A stretch of DNA of 64,000 nucleotides from an uncultured Candidatus Saccharibacteria bacterium (lineage in GTDB: Bacteria; Patescibacteriota; Saccharimonadia; Saccharimonadales; EFPC-124). Below are positions 1 to 9,178 of the stretch, piece by piece. The translations under genes were made by a program, and so were the position numbers. The stretch's first letter is position 1, and each line of letters begins with the position of its first letter. The notes under the pieces were generated by a model. The model saw only the letters and a list, made by a program, of their open reading frames with translations. It was not told the origin of the DNA and ran no database searches. The DNA lies in contig CBDDBE010000002.1 of assembly GCA_965225085.1 (NCBI GenBank), positions 95,185 to 159,184 on the forward strand. Direction: 5' to 3'.

Positions 1-2455
1 CTCCAAGTGACCTTGACTGCGGTTGAGGCGCAGGGGCGGCCGCTGGTGGTGCCATAGAGCCTTGGATGTGTGCTTGGATTATCTCCTTTGGTGTTGCGTA
101 GAGGCGACGTGTATTCTGAACGATTTGCGGCATGTAGTCCGTCTGCGATGGCGGTATGGTCAGGGTGGTTGCCGAGAACGCCGGTACCTTTTCCCCCTTA
201 ATGACCATACTGATGATGAAATGGCGGTTGTGCATCTGCATGAGGTCCTCGGGCAGGAACTGCGGCGCAAATGGTTTGCCTAGCACGGGTGCATCATCGG
301 CGCTGACGCGCATGCTTATCATGGTTCCGACGTTGCCGAAAACGGCGTCGCGAACAGTGTCCTGCATCTGCGAGACATATTGGTTCGCGACGGTCAGGTT
401 AAGGCCGTATTTGCGGGCCTCGCTAAGGATCGTGGCAAACGAATCGGTCGCGAAGTTTTGAAACTCGTCAACGTACAGATAGAACGGCCGTCGATCATCA
501 ATGTTTGGGATGTCTGCCCTACTCATGGCTGCCAGCTGGATCTTGATAACCAGGAACGCGCCCAAGATTGAGGCGTTGTCCTCACCTAGCAGACCTTTGC
601 TGAGGTTCACGATAAGGATTTTACCCTCGTCCATGATCTTTCTAATGTTGAACGTCGACTTTGGCTGGCCGATGATGTTACGAATAATTGGATTGGCAGT
701 AAAGGCACCGACTTTGTTAAGCACTGGCGCGATGGCTTCTGCCTGGAATTTGTCGTTCCAGCTGTTGAACTCGATTTGCCAGAAGTTCAGTACAACCGTG
801 TCCTGCACATGGCTCAGGACTTGCTTGCGGAATGTTTTGTCGGTTAGCATACGGGTAATGTCGAGCATGGTGGTGTCCGGATAATCCAAAAGTGCCAGAA
901 TGGTGTAGCGCAGGATGTACTCCAGCCGTGGACCCCAGCTTTCGCCAAACATACGCTTCATGACGCCGATAATTTCGGAGCTGATATTATTCTTCAGCGC
1001 AGGGTCTGGCACTTCCATTGGGTTGAATCCCATTGGGAAGCCCGTGTCAGCGGGGTTGAAGTACACGACATCCTCGACACGCGATGCGGGCACGAAGCGC
1101 AGGTTATTCACCGCAAAGTCACCGTGCGGGTCGATGATAGCGTAGCCTTGGTTGTGAAAGACGTCGCTCAGCGCAAATAGCTCTAGCAGTCCGGATTTAC
1201 CGGTTCCTGTTTGGCCAATGACGTAGATATGTCGTCCGCGGTCCGAGCGGTACAAACCGAACTGTTGGTTGATACCACGGAAATTGGTCAGGCCAAAGGC
1301 GCTAATTTCGCTGTCGTGTTCGTCATTGCCGGTGATAACGGGTAGCTTAGACGGCGGTTCGGCAGTTTTGCTGCTGGCCCACACGATGTTGGGTGTCTCG
1401 ACGTTAGTGTGTGGCAAGTGGTAGAGGCTGGCGAGCTCCTCAATGTTCAGAATATAGCCTCGGTCGATAAAGAATCGTGCTCGGTATTGGGCGACGCCCT
1501 CTGCGTCATATGTAGCGTCTTTCTGCTGGAAGCCGTTGAGGTTAGTGCTGTTGAACTGCTTGAAGGTGCCGACGATAGCCTGCATGCGCAACCGGGCTGT
1601 GGTGGCATCATCACCAAGGTACGTGATGCGGACTTTGACCTGGTAACCTAGTTTGGTGCTCTTCTTCTCTACCTCGCTGATGCGGCCTTTGTCGCGTTCG
1701 CTGACCTCGACTGGGGATTTTGCTTTGTCTTCTGGTGGTTTGGCTAGCGCGGCAAGCGCCTGTAGGGCGTAGAACCCAATGCTCCCCAGTATGTCACTGC
1801 TGCTCTTGGCGCGGCCGCTTTTGACGCTGCTGACGTAGCTGCTAGCTTTGCGGTGCCAGTCGTCAGGAATTGGCCGAGCCAGGACTTGAATCCACATTTC
1901 TTCGTCGGCGGCTTCGAGTTTGGCGAGTGTTGCCGTAATAGCGGCGAGTGGGTCCACCTCGAAGCTCTGGAAGGTTTTGACTGGCAACACTTCGTTGTCC
2001 GTCAGGCTTAGCTCGGCGGTGTATTTGACCTGTTGAGTGAGGTCACGTGCGGCGTAGTCCTCCTCTGCTTCGTGGATCTGGACGGTTGGGTACTGGGCAT
2101 ACACCTGGCCTTCGACAAAGTTCTGGAGGTACTTTGGCACCCATACATAAAATCGGATCTGCTTACTGATTGCTGCGATCTCGAAACTGATGTGCTCTTG
2201 TAAACCACCCTGTGCAGCGAGCTCACGTCGCGAGCGCAAGATACCATGAAGGCTCGCAAACATCTGCTCGGCGGCCAGCTCTTGCTTGTCATTTGTTCGT
2301 GGAATCTCGAGTACTAAAAGTGTGTGCTCCATCTCGAGAAGAGTCTGGGCGCGACGGTTATTGCGAAACGCAAAATAGCCCAACACGGCGACAACCGGAA
2401 GCCAGATATACCATTTGCTCAGCAAACTAAGCAGCAAAGAAAATAATGAGTCCAT
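1..2455 (-). CDS. VirD4/TraG-like type IV secretion coupling ATPase (AAA_10/TraG-D_C-like), N-terminal TM anchor; C-terminus runs off window
   Basis: Own translation of minus strand from ATG at 2455: MDSLFSLLLSLLSKWYIWLPVVAVLGYFAF (TM), Walker A 'VIGQTGTGKSGLLE', later 'RRPFYLYVDEFQNFATDS...KYGLNLTVANQYVSQM' typical of TraD/TraG/VirD4 coupling proteins; no stop before position 1 so not in ORF track. Confidence 0.6.
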   Translation of the reverse strand, partial: MDSLFSLLLSLLSKWYIWLPVVAVLGYFAFRNNRRAQTLLEMEHTLLVLEIPRTNDKQELAAEQMFASLHGILRSRRELAAQGGLQEHISFEIAAISKQIRFYVWVPKYLQNFVEGQVYAQYPTVQIHEAEEDYAARDLTQQVKYTAELSLTDNEVLPVKTFQSFEVDPLAAITATLAKLEAADEEMWIQVLARPIPDDWHRKASSYVSSVKSGRAKSSSDILGSIGFYALQALAALAKPPEDKAKSPVEVSERDKGRISEVEKKSTKLGYQVKVRITYLGDDATTARLRMQAIVGTFKQFNSTNLNGFQQKDATYDAEGVAQYRARFFIDRGYILNIEELASLYHLPHTNVETPNIVWASSKTAEPPSKLPVITGNDEHDSEISAFGLTNFRGINQQFGLYRSDRGRHIYVIGQTGTGKSGLLELFALSDVFHNQGYAIIDPHGDFAVNNLRFVPASRVEDVVYFNPADTGFPMGFNPMEVPDPALKNNISSEIIGVMKRMFGESWGPRLEYILRYTILALLDYPDTTMLDITRMLTDKTFRKQVLSHVQDTVVLNFWQIEFNSWNDKFQAEAIAPVLNKVGAFTANPIIRNIIGQPKSTFNIRKIMDEGKILIVNLSKGLLGEDNASILGAFLVIKIQLAAMSRADIPNIDDRRPFYLYVDEFQNFATDSFATILSEARKYGLNLTVANQYVSQMQDTVRDAVFGNVGTMISMRVSADDAPVLGKPFAPQFLPEDLMQMHNRHFIISMVIKGEKVPAFSATTLTIPPSQTDYMPQIVQNTRRLYATPKEIIQAHIQGSMAPPAAAPAPQPQSRSLG

Positions 2456-2515
2456 ACCACTAATGATTATTGTCTCGCAATTTGCCCGCCAGCGCAATCG
2501 CGGCTGTCGTCAGCC

Positions 2516-3568
2516 CTAATTGGCGGCGGGTTGCTCGGCGAGAGTGTACGTAGCCTTTGCGACTCGTTTGAACCGAGTCTTGCCCTGCAGATTAAGCAGG
2601 ATTGTTGTTTCTTTGACCTGGCGGTGCTTGAGCACTCGTCGAACGATTTCGTCGCGGTGCAGCGCCCCGCCCTCTTTCTTGAGGATGTCGCTGATGATGT
2701 CGGCGACGGTTCCCTTTTGGAAGCCCCACTCCTTGAGCGCATAAATGCCACGGCCGATCAGCACAAACCGACCGTCCTTGATGAGCTCGTTGTGGATCGC
2801 CTGAGTTGTGACGTCTTTGCGTTTGAAGTCTGAGTCCTTGATGGCACGCGCGATGTCGCTAAAGTGCATAGGCTTGCCAGAATCCTGCAGAATGACGTAG
2901 ATTTTGTCGCGAATATTCTTTGGGTTGACCGTTGGCCACTTGGCAAGACCCCATTTGCCCTTGAGGGTAGCAAGGTTTTTGCTGACGCTCGCAAGTGCAC
3001 GAACGTGATCTGGGTGATCTTGATTGACCTTTTCGTGTAAGTCCTCGGCAGTTAGGGGCTGGCCATGCTTCTTGATGGTGTCAACCAGCTCGTCGACTGA
3101 TTTCTTGATTTGCTTTTCGTCGTATTGTTCTTTGAGGCCAACAGAATGATGATATAAGTCGTTTTCTTCGACGACAGCCAGGCGTGGAGCCAGCTCGGCC
3201 AGAAATGCAACGTGAGCGCGGTCACGCTCGCTTGCGTCGGTCGTTGTCTTGGCGGTTAGCTCGCTAACGCGGGCGATGCCACCAAGGTCGTATAGATGGC
3301 GAACGAAGACCTTCTCGAGCCGGTCGACGTGTGGCAAGCTGTCCTCGGCTGAGATCTTCAGGCGAATCATAATTGCCTTCTCTAGCTGCCGGACTCGTTC
3401 GCGGGTAATACCAAGAAGCTCGCCGATCTGCTCGAGAGTTTCCTTGCGGTCGTACAAGCCAAAACGCCGCGCAATGATCTCACGCTCACGCTCACGCTCG
3501 ATGGTGTTCAGGATATCTTTAACCGCGCTAGTAATGTCTAACGCCGGGGCATCGATGGCTTCGCTCAT
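2516..3568 (-). CDS. DNA-binding protein with N-terminal sigma-70 region-4 HTH and C-terminal HARE-HTH-like domain (not a complete sigma factor)
   Basis: ORF 2516..3634; internal ATG at 3568 preceded by AAGGA RBS; 'IIARRFGL...TLEQIGELLGITRERVRQLEKAIMIRLK' = sigma r4.2; C-term 'HFSDIARAIKD...IHNELIKDGRFVLIGRGIYALKEW' HARE-HTH-like. Confidence 0.6.
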   Translation of the reverse strand: MSEAIDAPALDITSAVKDILNTIEREREREIIARRFGLYDRKETLEQIGELLGITRERVRQLEKAIMIRLKISAEDSLPHVDRLEKVFVRHLYDLGGIARVSELTAKTTTDASERDRAHVAFLAELAPRLAVVEENDLYHHSVGLKEQYDEKQIKKSVDELVDTIKKHGQPLTAEDLHEKVNQDHPDHVRALASVSKNLATLKGKWGLAKWPTVNPKNIRDKIYVILQDSGKPMHFSDIARAIKDSDFKRKDVTTQAIHNELIKDGRFVLIGRGIYALKEWGFQKGTVADIISDILKKEGGALHRDEIVRRVLKHRQVKETTILLNLQGKTRFKRVAKATYTLAEQPAAN

Positions 3569-3605
3569 GGAGAATTTTCGTTCCTTTACCTGCATGTTAT
3601 TTTGA

Positions 3606-3634
3606 ATTATAAAACAAATATTGGTAAGAGTCAA
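3606..3634 (-). promoter_or_regulatory. sigma70-type promoter (TTGACT-17-TATAAT) for gene 2516..3568
   Basis: rc of 3606..3634 reads TTGACTcttaccaatatttgtttTATAAT; ~30 nt leader with AAGGA RBS. Confidence 0.6.
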
Positions 3635-3896
3635 ATAGTTCTTGATCTATGTTTATTATAGCATGAAGTAGACTGTGTTTGTAGACTATGCCATGAAACT
3701 TTTTTAGGTACTAAAATATGATGTGGCATACACGTAATAGCTACGTGGTAGCCTTGTGCAGAGGGCGATTATGCGTGAAGCATAAATTTGACTATAGTAT
3801 GTTTTTTGAATGTGCGCAATATCGCTTATGTATGTTATTTGATAAACGTGCATAGTGCGTACAGATTACGAAAGGTGTTGAGGGAGATGTCGTAGT

Positions 3897-3924
3897 TGAA
3901 ATATTTATTTTTTAGTGTATAGTA
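3897..3924 (+). promoter_or_regulatory. candidate promoter TTGAAA-16-TATAGT for gene 3975..4466
   Basis: ttgaaatatttattttttagtgTATAGT followed by GAGGAG RBS 8 nt before ATG 3975. Confidence 0.45.
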
Positions 3925-3974
3925 TTCGATTAGTTGAGCGGTGTTAGAGCTGCTCACATGACAGAGGAGACGGC

Positions 3975-4466
3975 ATGGCTAAGTCCAAGTTGCTCATCCA
4001 GCTGACCATCGCTGCTGCGGCACGGAGCGTGCTGCGCGACCGTGATGGCACGCAGGAGGCACAGGGCGCGCTGGCGTACTTCATCGGTGCATCGAACAGG
4101 GTGCCGACCGGTGATGCTTCGCTCGAGGCCTACGCCCGCGCCTGCACGACCGAGAACGAGCAGCCGAAGGACTTCCTGGCGGCGCGTGACGCGCTGCTGG
4201 CGGTTCTGGTGGCGAAGAAGGTGACGAGCCTTCCGACTTCGGTTGCGGAGCGGATGCTCCTGCCGGAAGAGATCGTCGATGGTGGTGTGATCATCCCCTT
4301 CCGCGGTCTTTCCGGACGGAAGCGCAAGCTGTTCACCTTCAAGGTGACTGCCGAGACGCCGATGCAGCCTCGGCAGCACGAGGTGCGTTCGCCGGCTCGT
4401 ACGAGGCGTCGCATGGGTTTGGCCGTTCCGCCGCGGGTCGCTGAGGCTTGGTGGCCGATCGGCTGA
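3975..4466 (+). CDS. hypothetical protein (GC-rich gene)
   Basis: ORF track; GAGGAG RBS; antisense ORF 3954..4523 rejected. Confidence 0.55.
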   Translation: MAKSKLLIQLTIAAAARSVLRDRDGTQEAQGALAYFIGASNRVPTGDASLEAYARACTTENEQPKDFLAARDALLAVLVAKKVTSLPTSVAERMLLPEEIVDGGVIIPFRGLSGRKRKLFTFKVTAETPMQPRQHEVRSPARTRRRMGLAVPPRVAEAWWPIG

Positions 4467-4544
4467 TGCGGTTTGCGGGTCAGATTCTCCTCTGTCCCGC
4501 ACCCAGAGATGCAAAAGTATCATTTGCGTTTGTGGGTGCGGTAT

Positions 4545-6989
4545 CTACTTCTTTTTTGACGCGCGCTTTTTGGCAGCTGGCGCACTTGGTTTGCGTCGGC
4601 CGCGGCCGCGTGGTGAGGTTGGCGCAGCGTCCAGGAGCTCCTTGGCTTGTTCGAGCGTGACGTCTGCTGGCTCGGTATCTTTGGGGATTTTGGCGTTTTT
4701 CTTGCCGTCAGTTATGTAGGGACCAAAGCGGCCATTGAGTACTTTGATATCTGTACCTTCAAATTCCTTGATGTTGCGGGCAGCGCGCTTCTCGGCGTCC
4801 TCTCGTATCAGCTCTAGGGCTGTCTCGAGGCTGATGTCGTGTGGGTCGTGCCCCTTGATGGACACGTAGCTGCTGCCAATCTTGACATATGGCCCAAATC
4901 GACCAATGTTCGCAAGTATGATGTTACCGTTGGCGTCTTCGCCAAGCTGGCGTGGCAATTCGAACAGTTTCATAGCTTCGTCAAAGGTGATGTTGTCGAC
5001 GGTTTTGCCATTGGTGATGCTGGCAAACTTGGGCTTCTCTTCATCCTCAGCATTGCCTATCTGAACCATTGGCCCAAATCGACCAAAGCGGGCGCTGACT
5101 GGCCTACCGGTCTTGGGGTCGGTTCCCAGCACGCGAGCTTGGGCGGCTTCGGCGCGGGAAATGTCAGCTGATTTTTCAACGGTTTCGTGGAACGGTCCGT
5201 AGAAGGCGGCGAGCATCTTCTGCCAGGCTAGTTTGCCGTCGGCGATGTGGTCGAATTCGCCCTCGACGTCTTTGGTGAAGTCGTAGTTGACGATGTTGCT
5301 GAAGTTCTTGGATAGGAAATCAGTGACGACGCTGCCGGTGCTGGTAGGGACGAGTTTGTTGCGGTCAGGGGCGGTGAGCTCGATTTTTTGTTCGCGAATA
5401 ATGTTGGCACTAATCTGCTCGGTTTGCACAGCCCGCGGGGCCTGCTCCTCTAGGCTATCTTCCGCGCCACTCAAGGCTTCGCCATCGCCAGCCCGTCGAG
5501 CTCCGCTAAGGGGTTTGCCGCCCAAATATATTCGCACGACTTCGCGCTCCTTGCCTTCGACTTCGGTCTTTTCGACGTAGCCGCGGTCCTGGATGGTGCT
5601 GATGGTTGGGGCGTAGGTGCTTGGCCGACCGATGCCCATTTCCTCAAGCTGGCGCACCAGCGTAGCCTCGGTATAGCGAGCTGGCGGGCGGCTAAAGACT
5701 TGTTCGGCGAGAGCGCTTGTGAGCTTTAGAATGTCGCCCTGATTTACCTCTGGCAGGAGGCCTTCCTCGCCTGTTTTATTCTCGGCCCAGACTTTCAGGA
5801 AGCCGGCAAAGGTGACGATTTCGCCCTTGGCCTCGAGGATCTCCTTGGACTTTTCGAGTCCGATGGTGATGGTGGTCTTCTCGACCTGGGCATTGGACAT
5901 TTGTGAGCTAACGGCTCGTTTCCAGATGAGATCGTAGAGTTTTTGCTGCTGGGTGTCGTCCCCCGCCCCACGATTCTCCACGTGGGTAGGACGGATGGCT
6001 TCGTGCGCTTCCTGTGCGCCAGCAGACTTGGTGGTAAAGGTTCGAACTTGATGATAGTCGGCCCCGTAAGTGGCCTTGATATACTCCCCCATTGTACCGA
6101 TAGCCAGCTTGCTGAGATTGACCGAATCAGTACGCATGTAGGTGATGTGGCCGTTCTCGTACAGGCGTTGGGCCAACATCATAGTTTGCTTTGGGCTGTA
6201 GCCCAGGCGTCGCGAAGCTTCCTGTTGGAGGGTGCTGGTCGTAAAAGGCGCACCTGGGGCGCGAGTGCCCGGGGTTTTCTTGACATTCGTAATGGTGGCG
6301 ATTTCGTCGCGAAGTGCCTCAAGTAGCTTGGTAGCGTCTGCTTCGGCTTCGAATTTGGTGGGGCACTCGGCTTTTAGCTCGGTCCCGTCGCTGAGGGTGA
6401 ATAAGGCCGTTACCTTGAAGGTGGCTTTGGTCTGGAACGTCTCGATTTCGCGCTCGCGCTCGACGATAAGCCGTACGGCGACTGACTGCACGCGGCCAGC
6501 ACTGAGGCCGGTGCGGACCTTTTTCCAGAGGACGGGGCTGAGTTCGTACCCAACGATGCGGTCCAGAATGCGGCGAGCTTGCTGAGCGTCGACCAGGGCG
6601 ACGTCGATGGTGCGCGGCGTCTGAATAGCCGCCTTGATAGCTGGTTCGGTAATTTCATGAAACACGATGCGCTTGGTCTGCTTGGGATCAAGCTTGAGCA
6701 CTTCGGCCAAATGCCAGGCAATCGCCTCCCCTTCGCGGTCTTCATCGCTTGCGAGCCAGACGGTATCGGCTTCTTTCGCCGCTTTCTTTAGCTCACTTAC
6801 GACTTTCTTTTTGTCGCTGCTTACCTCATACACGGGGGTGAAGTTATTGGCAATATCGACACTCATTCCCTTTTTCGGGAGGTCGCGAATATGGCCAAAG
6901 CTACTTTTAACGACAAAATCCTTCCCAAGGAATTTACCGATGGTTTTGGCTTTGGCTGGTGACTCAACAATGACGAGGTTTTTGCTCAT
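4545..6989 (-). CDS. topA: DNA topoisomerase I
   Basis: 814 aa; N-term 'LVIVESPAKAKTIGKFLG' TOPRIM, 'WLASDEDREGEAIAWHL', lysine-rich C-tail; AGGAAA RBS. Confidence 0.95.
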   Translation of the reverse strand: MSKNLVIVESPAKAKTIGKFLGKDFVVKSSFGHIRDLPKKGMSVDIANNFTPVYEVSSDKKKVVSELKKAAKEADTVWLASDEDREGEAIAWHLAEVLKLDPKQTKRIVFHEITEPAIKAAIQTPRTIDVALVDAQQARRILDRIVGYELSPVLWKKVRTGLSAGRVQSVAVRLIVEREREIETFQTKATFKVTALFTLSDGTELKAECPTKFEAEADATKLLEALRDEIATITNVKKTPGTRAPGAPFTTSTLQQEASRRLGYSPKQTMMLAQRLYENGHITYMRTDSVNLSKLAIGTMGEYIKATYGADYHQVRTFTTKSAGAQEAHEAIRPTHVENRGAGDDTQQQKLYDLIWKRAVSSQMSNAQVEKTTITIGLEKSKEILEAKGEIVTFAGFLKVWAENKTGEEGLLPEVNQGDILKLTSALAEQVFSRPPARYTEATLVRQLEEMGIGRPSTYAPTISTIQDRGYVEKTEVEGKEREVVRIYLGGKPLSGARRAGDGEALSGAEDSLEEQAPRAVQTEQISANIIREQKIELTAPDRNKLVPTSTGSVVTDFLSKNFSNIVNYDFTKDVEGEFDHIADGKLAWQKMLAAFYGPFHETVEKSADISRAEAAQARVLGTDPKTGRPVSARFGRFGPMVQIGNAEDEEKPKFASITNGKTVDNITFDEAMKLFELPRQLGEDANGNIILANIGRFGPYVKIGSSYVSIKGHDPHDISLETALELIREDAEKRAARNIKEFEGTDIKVLNGRFGPYITDGKKNAKIPKDTEPADVTLEQAKELLDAAPTSPRGRGRRKPSAPAAKKRASKKK

Positions 6990-7116
6990 GCTTTTCCTAA
7001 CAGGTTATATCAGCTTGCCCACTTGGTCAAAGGGAATGTACGGTTTTAAACCGTTCGATTGACTATGGTAACGAATGAGTGTATACAAATGCAAGTACTT
7101 TCGTCAACTTAGTATT

Positions 7117-7145
7117 TGACATTTTTGCTATAGAGAGTAAAGTAA
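7117..7145 (+). promoter_or_regulatory. candidate promoter TTGACA-16-TAAAGT
   Basis: ttgacatttttgctatagagagTAAAGT upstream of leader/terminator. Confidence 0.35.
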
Positions 7146-7164
7146 TTTACCGAAGACGCGAAGG

Positions 7165-7199
7165 CGGCCATCCTCCACGGATGGCCGTTTTGTTGTCTT
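7165..7199 (+). terminator. intrinsic terminator / attenuator hairpin + U-tract in 5' leader of gene 7235..7954
   Basis: cGGCCATCC-tccac-GGATGGCCg followed by ttttgttgtcttctt; lies between candidate promoter and RBS GGAAGGAAG. Confidence 0.6.
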
Positions 7200-7234
7200 C
7201 TTCCACTACTCTTTTGAGGAAGGAAGCGATCGGC

Positions 7235-7954
7235 ATGGTTAGTCTTAAGGCAGAAGGACCGGAAGGCTTGCTCGTGCTCGAAGGGTTGGTCGACGCGTTT
7301 AACGTCGATCCGACTCTACTGGAAGTGCTGGCTAAGGAGCTGAGCACCGCGCAGTATCAATTGAAGCAGCCAAGCCTACAGGTCCGGCCGTTTATCGGCC
7401 CCGATCAGGGCTCAATGAGCCGCATCTTCGAGCAAGTCAAAACTGGCAATCCGATTGCGCGTGCTGAGCTGCGACGCATCCGCGCGTATCACGCTGGCCG
7501 TTCTGAGGCGATTGCGCATTTCCTGTTCCAGTTTTCACCAGAGTGGGCGATGTTGCTTTTGGGCGGTCTTCGGGACACCGTCACTGACATCCAGCTGGTT
7601 GCTGGCCCCGATAGCCGTGTAGAACAGGTTCGTGTGCGGCACGAGACGATGCTCCACGAGTACGGTCTGCGCGGCTTCGATCTGTTCTTCGAGCAGATGC
7701 TGGAGATTGCGTCCTGGATGCGGGAGCATCCAAAGCAGCTGTTTGCCGAACCAGTCGTACTACAGCCCCTCACTGACGTGAACGATTTTCGTGCCGTGGG
7801 GGCGCGGTGGGCGAACTTGAAGGCCTTTTTCCACGGTTTTCCGCCGGATATGCGCCGTTCGCTTGTGAAGAGCGCTCGGCACGACCTGGTGGGCCTGCGT
7901 ATCGTATGGACAACCATGGAATCAGGGGTACTCGCGAGCGAACTGGCTCATTGA
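7235..7954 (+). CDS. hypothetical protein
   Basis: ORF 7079..7954; internal ATG 7235 with GGAAGGAAG RBS; longer ORF start lies upstream of the terminator-like leader. Confidence 0.6.
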   Translation: MVSLKAEGPEGLLVLEGLVDAFNVDPTLLEVLAKELSTAQYQLKQPSLQVRPFIGPDQGSMSRIFEQVKTGNPIARAELRRIRAYHAGRSEAIAHFLFQFSPEWAMLLLGGLRDTVTDIQLVAGPDSRVEQVRVRHETMLHEYGLRGFDLFFEQMLEIASWMREHPKQLFAEPVVLQPLTDVNDFRAVGARWANLKAFFHGFPPDMRRSLVKSARHDLVGLRIVWTTMESGVLASELAH

Positions 7955-7964
7955 AGCAGTGAGA

Positions 7965-8001
7965 TAGTTGCCGGCCGCCCTGAATGTGGCGGCTGGCAAC
8001 T
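7965..8001. terminator. GC hairpin between convergent genes
   Basis: AGTTGCCGGCCGCC-ctgaatgt-GGCGGCTGGCAACT. Confidence 0.5.
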
Positions 8002-8278
8002 ATCTGATCATCCATTGATTCGCACCGAGTGCACGAATTTTTCCTTCAATCTCGAGCATTGTCATGGTTTGGCCAAATGTCGCGGCGTCTAAGCCGCTTT
8101 TTGTTTGCAGATCGTCACCCGCCCGGACTCCCTCGGTGAGAAGCTGTAAGAGGGCGTGTTGCTCGGGCGTACTACCGAATAGGGTTGTTTGCTCTGATGT
8201 ATCTGCTAGGCCAAGCTCGTGCAGGACGTCGTTTACCGATGTAATGGGAGCCGCCCGACACGTAGCAAGTTGTTGCAC
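8000..8278 (-). CDS. dprA: DprA C-terminal winged-helix domain fragment (frameshifted continuation of dprA)
   Basis: 'AAPITSVNDVLHELGL...LLQLLTEGVRAGDDLQTKSGLDAATFGQTMTMLEIEGKI' = DprA C-terminal domain, +1 frame relative to 8233..8856. Confidence 0.6.
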   Translation of the reverse strand: MQQLATCRAAPITSVNDVLHELGLADTSEQTTLFGSTPEQHALLQLLTEGVRAGDDLQTKSGLDAATFGQTMTMLEIEGKIRALGANQWMIR

Positions 8279-8856
8279 CCCATGCTCATGGGGCTCGTAA
8301 TATTGCCTGGCACGACCATCACCGGCCTCCCCTGTTCCAGCGCAAAATTGGCCGTGGTCAACGAACCGCTTTTGGCTGCGGCCTCGGTGATGAGTATGCC
8401 ATCGCTCAGCGCAGTTACGATGCGGTTGCGAGCTACAAAATTTGTCTTGAAGACAGGGTCCCCTGCCCCGTATTCGCTGATGAGCGCTCCTCCATTTTCG
8501 GTGATGCGCCGCGCAAGTTCACGGTGTGTCGCGGGGTGGATCGATTCGATGCTTGTCGGCAGAACGGCAATTGTGGTGCCGCCAGCATCCAGTGCTGCCT
8601 GGTGAGCAATGCCATCTACCCCAAGTGCGAGCCCACTTATGACGACAACGCCACGCTTGGCAAGCTCATAACTTAGCTGGTACGTTACCTCGCGGCCGTA
8701 CGGTGTTGGTTTGCGTGTGCCCACGATGGCAATTGCCGTCCGGCGCTCGCTCGGAAGCATACCGCACAACCATAACCTTTTAGGCATATTGGCAATGCCT
8801 GTTGTTATCTGGGTAAATGGATTATTCTCTGGTGAAAAACTATTGATATTATGCAT
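8233..8856 (-). CDS. dprA: DNA processing protein DprA (Rossmann/SMF core), interrupted by apparent frameshift
   Basis: 'RRTAIAIVGTRKPTPYGREV...ISGLALGVDGIAHQAAL...GCNNLLR' SMF family motifs. Confidence 0.8.
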   Translation of the reverse strand: MHNINSFSPENNPFTQITTGIANMPKRLWLCGMLPSERRTAIAIVGTRKPTPYGREVTYQLSYELAKRGVVVISGLALGVDGIAHQAALDAGGTTIAVLPTSIESIHPATHRELARRITENGGALISEYGAGDPVFKTNFVARNRIVTALSDGILITEAAAKSGSLTTANFALEQGRPVMVVPGNITSPMSMGCNNLLRVGRLPLHR

Positions 8857-8874
8857 GATTTATATGAAAAAGTA

Positions 8875-8903
8875 TTGACACACACGTCTGGGTGTGTTAT
8901 TTT
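8875..8903 (+). promoter_or_regulatory. promoter TTGACA-17-TATTTT driving small RNA; spacer is palindromic (cacacgtctgggtgtgt)
   Basis: sequence inspection. Confidence 0.5.
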
Positions 8904-8909
8904 AATCCA

Positions 8910-9178
8910 CGGTGAGTTGTCTCACGCAGATGACTCAAAGCACCTTATACCCCCAAATTCTAACAATTTTGTTAGATTGCATGCAACGTGCGTTTTGAAG
9001 TTACTACCCTCCACTTCAATGCCGAGCCTCTTCGGAGGCAGCGTTGCTTGCAAACTAACCCCTTTAACCGGCGGACCTCTTATATATACGTGAGGTGGGT
9101 CACGCCAATGCCCGAAATGGGTGGGTTGAAGGGTGAAACGGCGCCAGGTGATGCCCACCCTTACCTGGCGCTTTTTCA
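8910..9178 (+). ncRNA. unclassified structured small RNA (~270 nt) with own promoter and intrinsic terminator
   Basis: No credible ORF. Internal hairpins (gcctcTTCGgaggc). 3' end GGCGCCAGGT-loop-ACCTGGCGC + TTTTTCA (9140..9178). Immediately followed by an independent strong promoter for the next gene. Confidence 0.5.

Noticed and set aside
3954-4523. 189-aa minus-strand ORF overlapping the 3975..4466 plus-strand gene
   Set aside because: Antisense ORF typical of GC-rich DNA. The plus-strand ORF has a GAGGAG RBS and promoter, and the minus one has neither.
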